DNA from: Candidatus Diapherotrites archaeon CG08_land_8_20_14_0_20_30_16
GTDB lineage: Archaea > Iainarchaeota > Iainarchaeia > Iainarchaeales > 0-14-0-20-30-16
DNA length: 19,212 nucleotides
Direction of reading: 5' to 3'
Assembly: GCA_002779075.1 (NCBI GenBank)
Contig: PEXK01000052.1
Location: 1-19,212, forward strand
The number at the start of each line of letters is the position of its first letter. Within the stretch, counting starts at the first letter, position 1. A model generated the notes under the pieces. The model made no database searches and was not told where the DNA came from. It saw only the letters and a list, made by a program, of their open reading frames with translations. Below, piece after piece: positions 15,722-19,212 of the stretch. The position numbers and the translations under genes are program-made.

Positions 15722-17143
15722 TTAGTAGCTTTTTGCAAAGTAAGTATATTTTGCTTTTTCTTTTCCGCACCAAAAACATTTTCCATTTGGTTTTGAATCA
15801 AAAGGCACACACCTTGAACTCAAACCTGTTTTTTCTTTTATTTCTGCTTCACAATTTGGCAAACCGCAAAATGGTACAAACAAATACCGTCCCTGTTTGC
15901 TTTCAGCAAAAAATTGTTCTTTTGTTTCTACTTTTGTTATTAATGATTCCTGCAGATTTTTTGCTTTGTTGTACATGTCAATAGGCATTTGCTTCAATTC
16001 TTTTTTTATTGTTTCCTTCAATTCTTTTCTTGGAAGAAATTGTTTTTGCAAAGTGTCTCGTCTTACTAAAACAACCTGTTTGTTTTCTAAATCTTTTGGG
16101 CCAATTTCAATCCTTATTGGAATGCCTTTTAATTCCCATTCCGAAAACTTAGCACCAGGAGTATATTGTTCTCTAGCATCTAAAAAAGCACCAAATGATT
16201 TCAATGATTTTTCTAATTCTTTGGCTTCATTTAATACTTGTTCTTCCCTGCCCTTTATTAATATAGGAATGATAACAATTTTTGTTTCTGTCAATGCATG
16301 GGGGGTAACCAATCCTTTATCATCGCCATGCATTAATATTACTGCGCCAATTAATCTTGTGCTAAAACCCCAAGAGATTTGATGTCCTAATTGTTTTTTT
16401 CCTTCTTGATCTAAAAACTCTATACCAAAAGATTTTGCAAAGCCAGTACCCAAATAATGTGATGTTCCCATTTGCAGACTTTTTGCATCAGGCATTATTG
16501 CTTCTATTGTATAAGTATTTACTGCGCCTGCAAATCTTTCTGCCTGTGTTTTTTCCCCACATATTACAGGGATACACAACAAATTCTCTGCCAGTTTTGC
16601 ATATTCCTTCAAATATTGAAGGGCTTCTTTTCTTGCTTCTTTTTCATTTGCATAAACGCAATGTCCTTCTTGCCACAAAAATTCTTTTGTTCTCAAAAAT
16701 AATCTTGTAATTCCAATTTCCCATCTGACTATGTTGCACCATTGATTTATTCTTAGGGGCAGGTCACGCCATGAACGAATCCATTTTGAATATGAATCAT
16801 AAATAATTGTTTCTGAAGTTGGTCTTATTGCTAATCTATTCTGCTCATCAGTATTTGCTATCCATGCAACTTCTGGGCTAAAACCTTTTGCATGTTCCTG
16901 TTCTTTTTTGAAAAAACTTTCAGGGATTAATAAGGGGAAGTAAGCATTCTTTACTTTATATTTAGTTTTAATTGTGTGATCAAAATCAGATTGAATGTGC
17001 TCCCACATTTCATAGGCCCTAGGCCTTATAACCATAAAACCTCGAGTTGCTGCATAATCAGCTAACTCAGCTCTCTGCACAACCTCATTGTACCAATCAG
17101 TTATATTCTCACTTTTCTTTGTAAGTGCTTTATCTTCAGACAT
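15722..17143 (-). CDS. proS: Prolyl-tRNA synthetase, archaeal/eukaryotic type
   Basis: This is a class II aaRS core with an archaeal-type N-terminus (WYNEVVQRAELADYAATRGFMVIRPRAYEMWEHIQ). The C-terminal Zn-binding ProRS domain is CGLPNCEAEIKEKTGLSSRCVPF...GKCFWCGKEKAKYTYFAKSY, ending in the conserved terminal Tyr. AGAGGA lies upstream of the ATG. Confidence 0.92.
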   Translation of the reverse strand: MSEDKALTKKSENITDWYNEVVQRAELADYAATRGFMVIRPRAYEMWEHIQSDFDHTIKTKYKVKNAYFPLLIPESFFKKEQEHAKGFSPEVAWIANTDEQNRLAIRPTSETIIYDSYSKWIRSWRDLPLRINQWCNIVRWEIGITRLFLRTKEFLWQEGHCVYANEKEARKEALQYLKEYAKLAENLLCIPVICGEKTQAERFAGAVNTYTIEAIMPDAKSLQMGTSHYLGTGFAKSFGIEFLDQEGKKQLGHQISWGFSTRLIGAVILMHGDDKGLVTPHALTETKIVIIPILIKGREEQVLNEAKELEKSLKSFGAFLDAREQYTPGAKFSEWELKGIPIRIEIGPKDLENKQVVLVRRDTLQKQFLPRKELKETIKKELKQMPIDMYNKAKNLQESLITKVETKEQFFAESKQGRYLFVPFCGLPNCEAEIKEKTGLSSRCVPFDSKPNGKCFWCGKEKAKYTYFAKSY

Positions 17144-17265
17144 ATCTATCCTCTAAACCTACCTTATAGACAGTATAATTTTATGTGTTGGTTGAAAACT
17201 GCAATATAATATAGAATATATACAATATAAACAATTAACTTTAAAAATAAGAAAAAGATAAAAAG

Positions 17266-17339
17266 TGGGCGAGGCCGGATTCGGACCGGCGACATACTGC
17301 GTATAAGACAGTTGCTCTACCAGGCTGAGCTACACACCC
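17266..17339 (-). tRNA. tRNA-Ile (anticodon UAU)
   Basis: The hand-folded minus-strand sequence is GGGTGTG-TA-GCTC-AGCCTGGTA-GAGC-A-ACTGT-CTTATAC-GCAGT-ATGTC-GCCGG-TCCGAAT-CCGGC-CTCGCCC-A. The anticodon loop CT-TAT-AC gives UAU. There are two departures from the canonical form: a U6/U67 mismatch in the acceptor stem, and C rather than U at T-loop position 55. No CCA is encoded. Confidence 0.75.
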
Positions 17340-17363
17340 ACAGGCTTTTTTAACAAAAAAGGG

Positions 17364-17371
17364 TTTACAAA
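17364..17371 (-). promoter_or_regulatory. TATA-like box (TTTGTAAA on the minus strand) for tRNA-Ile, and possibly proS-purA
   Basis: It is centred about 28 nt upstream of the tRNA-Ile 5' end at 17339 and differs by one base from the TTTATAAA octamer used elsewhere in the window. Confidence 0.45.
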
Positions 17372-17470
17372 AAACTGCTCTTTTCCAAGAAAAGATTGCT
17401 TCGTAAAAGGAATATAACTTGCATTAGAACAATTTCTAAAAGCAGCCTTAATTATGTATTGGCTTAAATG

Positions 17471-17478
17471 TTTATAAA
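17471..17478 (+). promoter_or_regulatory. TATA box (TTTATAAA) for a leaderless transcript starting at about 17501
   Basis: The octamer centre is 26-27 nt upstream of the ATG at 17501, the canonical archaeal TATA-to-TSS distance. The track's ATG at 17468 sits immediately 5' of the box and is therefore unlikely to be transcribed from it. Confidence 0.55.
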
Positions 17479-17500
17479 CATATCTAGGCTAGTTTATATT

Positions 17501-18157
17501 ATGAATAACTATTTACCCACTTTAAAGCAGATAGAACAGAAACTGGTGGCAGACACGAAGAAGATCAGGGAAATAAAGGAGCTAGTTGATTCCTTTCAAG
17601 AATATGAAAAAATACTCCAAATGCTCAAAGACGATATAAAAATAAAAAAGAGCAATGAAGATGTTTTAGAAGAAGCAACAGCTAAAACAAAGATCCTAGA
17701 GCCTCTAAACATTTTTTATAGAACTTATTTGGAAAGCTATAATGCTTTTATGCAATCACAAACTGCAAAAGAAACATATGATTTTTTTGAAAGGTATAGG
17801 ACTTACAGAACTTATCAATTAAACGAAAACATCCTTGAAAGATTTATTTCTGGATTCTTAAATAATTTCGCAGAAGACTTCACTTTTAAAACTGAATTTA
17901 TAGGGCAAATTAACACAGCAAACTTTGCACAAGCAGTTGGCGGGGTAAAGGATGGATCTTTGATTAAAATAAAATACAATCAAATACCAAAAACAATAAA
18001 AGAAGCATATAATTTAAGGTTAAAGAAATTCATAATCGAATCTCATAATTTAAAGCTTCTGTTTAGAGAAAATTATTTGGTTGAAATTTACGGATCAAGT
18101 GGTATGATCTATAAAACAGATAGATTAGCAAAAGAAAATAATATTTCTTGCTTATAA
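17501..18157 (+). CDS. Hypothetical protein (218 aa), with a predicted coiled-coil/helical N-terminal half
   Basis: This is a complete ORF. The start is moved to the in-frame ATG at 17501 (MNNYLPTLKQIEQKL...) because of the TATA spacing. I recognise no motif. Confidence 0.6.
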   Translation: MNNYLPTLKQIEQKLVADTKKIREIKELVDSFQEYEKILQMLKDDIKIKKSNEDVLEEATAKTKILEPLNIFYRTYLESYNAFMQSQTAKETYDFFERYRTYRTYQLNENILERFISGFLNNFAEDFTFKTEFIGQINTANFAQAVGGVKDGSLIKIKYNQIPKTIKEAYNLRLKKFIIESHNLKLLFRENYLVEIYGSSGMIYKTDRLAKENNISCL

Positions 18158-18215
18158 TAACACATCAAATAGAACAATTTTATGTGTAGAGCATATTTAA
18201 TGCATAATGGGGGGT

Positions 18216-19212
18216 ATGAAAATGCAAACAGAACAAAATCAATTTTTATCAGAAGGTACAAAAAGAATTAAAGGAAGAGAAGCACAAAGAATCAATATTT
18301 TGATTGGCAAAGCGGTAGCACAAGCTGTTCGCTCTACTCTCGGTCCTAAAGGAATGGACAAAATGATTGTTGACGAGCTTGGAGATGTTACTATTAGCAA
18401 TGATGGTGCAACTATTTTGAAGGAAATGGCTATTGATCATCCAGTTGGAAAAATGTTAGTGAATTTAGCAAAGAATCAAGACTCTGAAGTTGGAGATGGT
18501 ACAACAACTGCTGTTGTTATTGTTGGATCTTTGCTAGAAGAAGCAGAAATCCTTTTGGATAATGGAATACACCCATCAAATATTATCAATGGTTATAGAT
18601 TAGCTGGCGAAAAAGCAAAGGATATTTATGAGTCAATTTCATCAAAAATAAATTCCGATAAAAGAGAGGATTTACACAATATTGCTCTTACTGCTCTTAC
18701 GGGAAAGGCTGCAGAATATTGTGAAAAATTAGCAGATTTAAGTGTTAATGCTATATTGTCAGTTACAGAAAAAAACGAAAACGGGAAAACAATAATTGAT
18801 ATTGATAATATAAAAATTGAAAAAAAGGAAGGGCAATCTTTAGAAGACTCAGAGTTAGTTAAAGGGATAGTTTTGGATAAAGAAAGAGTAAGCACTAACA
18901 TGCCTACTTTAATCAATAACGCAAAAGTAGCATTATTAGATGTTGCTTTGGAAATAAAGGGCCCGGAAACTGATACTAAAGTACAAATAAATTCTCCTGA
19001 CCAATTGCAGGCATTTATTGACCAAGAAGAAACAATGATAAAAGAAAAAGTAGACATTATCAAAAAATCTGGTGCTAATGTTGTATTCTGCCAGAAAGGT
19101 ATTGATGATTTAGCACAACACTTTTTAGCAAAATCAAATATTTTGGCTTGCCGTAGAGTTAAAAAATCAGACTTGGAAAAATTAGCAAAAGCAACAGGTG
19201 CTGAAATTGTTT
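18216..19212 (+). CDS. ths: Thermosome subunit (group II chaperonin), partial; the 3' end lies beyond the right window edge
   Basis: This ORF is absent from the track because it is open to the window end. Manual translation gives [111 protein letters not shown]...[44 protein letters not shown]. The hallmark GPKGMDKM and GDGTTT motifs are present. In-frame alternative starts exist at 18207 and 18222. A GGGGGG run at 18209-18214 sits immediately upstream. Confidence 0.92.
   Translation, partial: MKMQTEQNQFLSEGTKRIKGREAQRINILIGKAVAQAVRSTLGPKGMDKMIVDELGDVTISNDGATILKEMAIDHPVGKMLVNLAKNQDSEVGDGTTTAVVIVGSLLEEAEILLDNGIHPSNIINGYRLAGEKAKDIYESISSKINSDKREDLHNIALTALTGKAAEYCEKLADLSVNAILSVTEKNENGKTIIDIDNIKIEKKEGQSLEDSELVKGIVLDKERVSTNMPTLINNAKVALLDVALEIKGPETDTKVQINSPDQLQAFIDQEETMIKEKVDIIKKSGANVVFCQKGIDDLAQHFLAKSNILACRRVKKSDLEKLAKATGAEIV

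Noticed and set aside
15708-15779. A 24-codon N-terminal extension of purA (MFLVRKRKSKIYLLCKKLLILRGN)
   Set aside because: It would overlap the last 58 nt of proS. It has no counterpart in the PurA N-terminus, which normally begins just before the GDEGKGK loop. The internal ATG at 15707 has a GAGGGG motif 4 nt upstream.
14567-16710. Plus-strand track ORFs at 14567..14803, 15640..15984, 15897..16382, 16435..16710 and 16472..16702
   Set aside because: All lie antisense to purA or proS, both of which have unambiguous family motifs.
17468-17500. The track start (ATG at 17468) for the hypothetical protein
   Set aside because: The TATA box at 17471-17478 lies just downstream of this ATG. Transcription from that box would begin near 17501, so the in-frame ATG at 17501 is preferred.
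18249-19063. Minus-strand track ORFs at 18249..18440 and 18626..19063
   Set aside because: Both lie antisense to the thermosome gene, which is open to the window edge and was therefore not listed in the track.
1-19212. A window-wide scan for CRISPR arrays, transposases, integrases, toxin-antitoxin pairs or known defence-system genes
   Set aside because: No regularly spaced repeats were seen, and no recombinase, nuclease or ATPase motifs were recognised in any frame.

Overview
This is an AT-rich (roughly 30% GC by eye) archaeal chromosome segment, most consistent with a small-genome, DPANN-like archaeon. Supporting markers are a group II chaperonin (thermosome), an archaeal-type ProRS, a tRNA-Gln with an A1:U72 pair, and TTTATAAA TATA boxes about 25 nt upstream of a tRNA and of a leaderless start. 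From left to right the window holds: (1) a giant minus-strand ORF of more than 2,229 aa (1..6689). It runs off the left edge, so it is missing from the ORF track. It encodes an N-terminally membrane-anchored protein with tandem beta-sandwich repeats. (2) A tightly coupled four-gene minus-strand operon (7072..9407): a small peptide with a Cys/Asp-rich tail, a stand-alone PEP-utilising-enzyme 'mobile' (phosphohistidine swivel) domain, a 229-aa ORFan, and a radical SAM/SPASM enzyme. (3) A bacterial-type cardiolipin synthase with two HKD motifs. (4) tRNA-Gln(UUG). (5) A long RelA/SpoT-homologue alarmone synthetase (SYNTH-TGS-ZFD-ACT) whose N-terminal HD motif is not recognisable. (6) A 296-303 aa helical-repeat hypothetical protein. 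(7) purA, proS and tRNA-Ile(UAU). (8) A hypothetical protein whose mRNA looks leaderless. (9) The 5' part of a thermosome gene, which also runs off the window and is absent from the track. The stand-out is the four-gene operon, which looks like an undescribed archaeal RiPP-type pathway combining radical SAM/SPASM chemistry with a phosphohistidine carrier domain. No CRISPR array, transposase, integrase or rRNA was seen. All calls rest on manual translation and motif recognition; no database search was possible.
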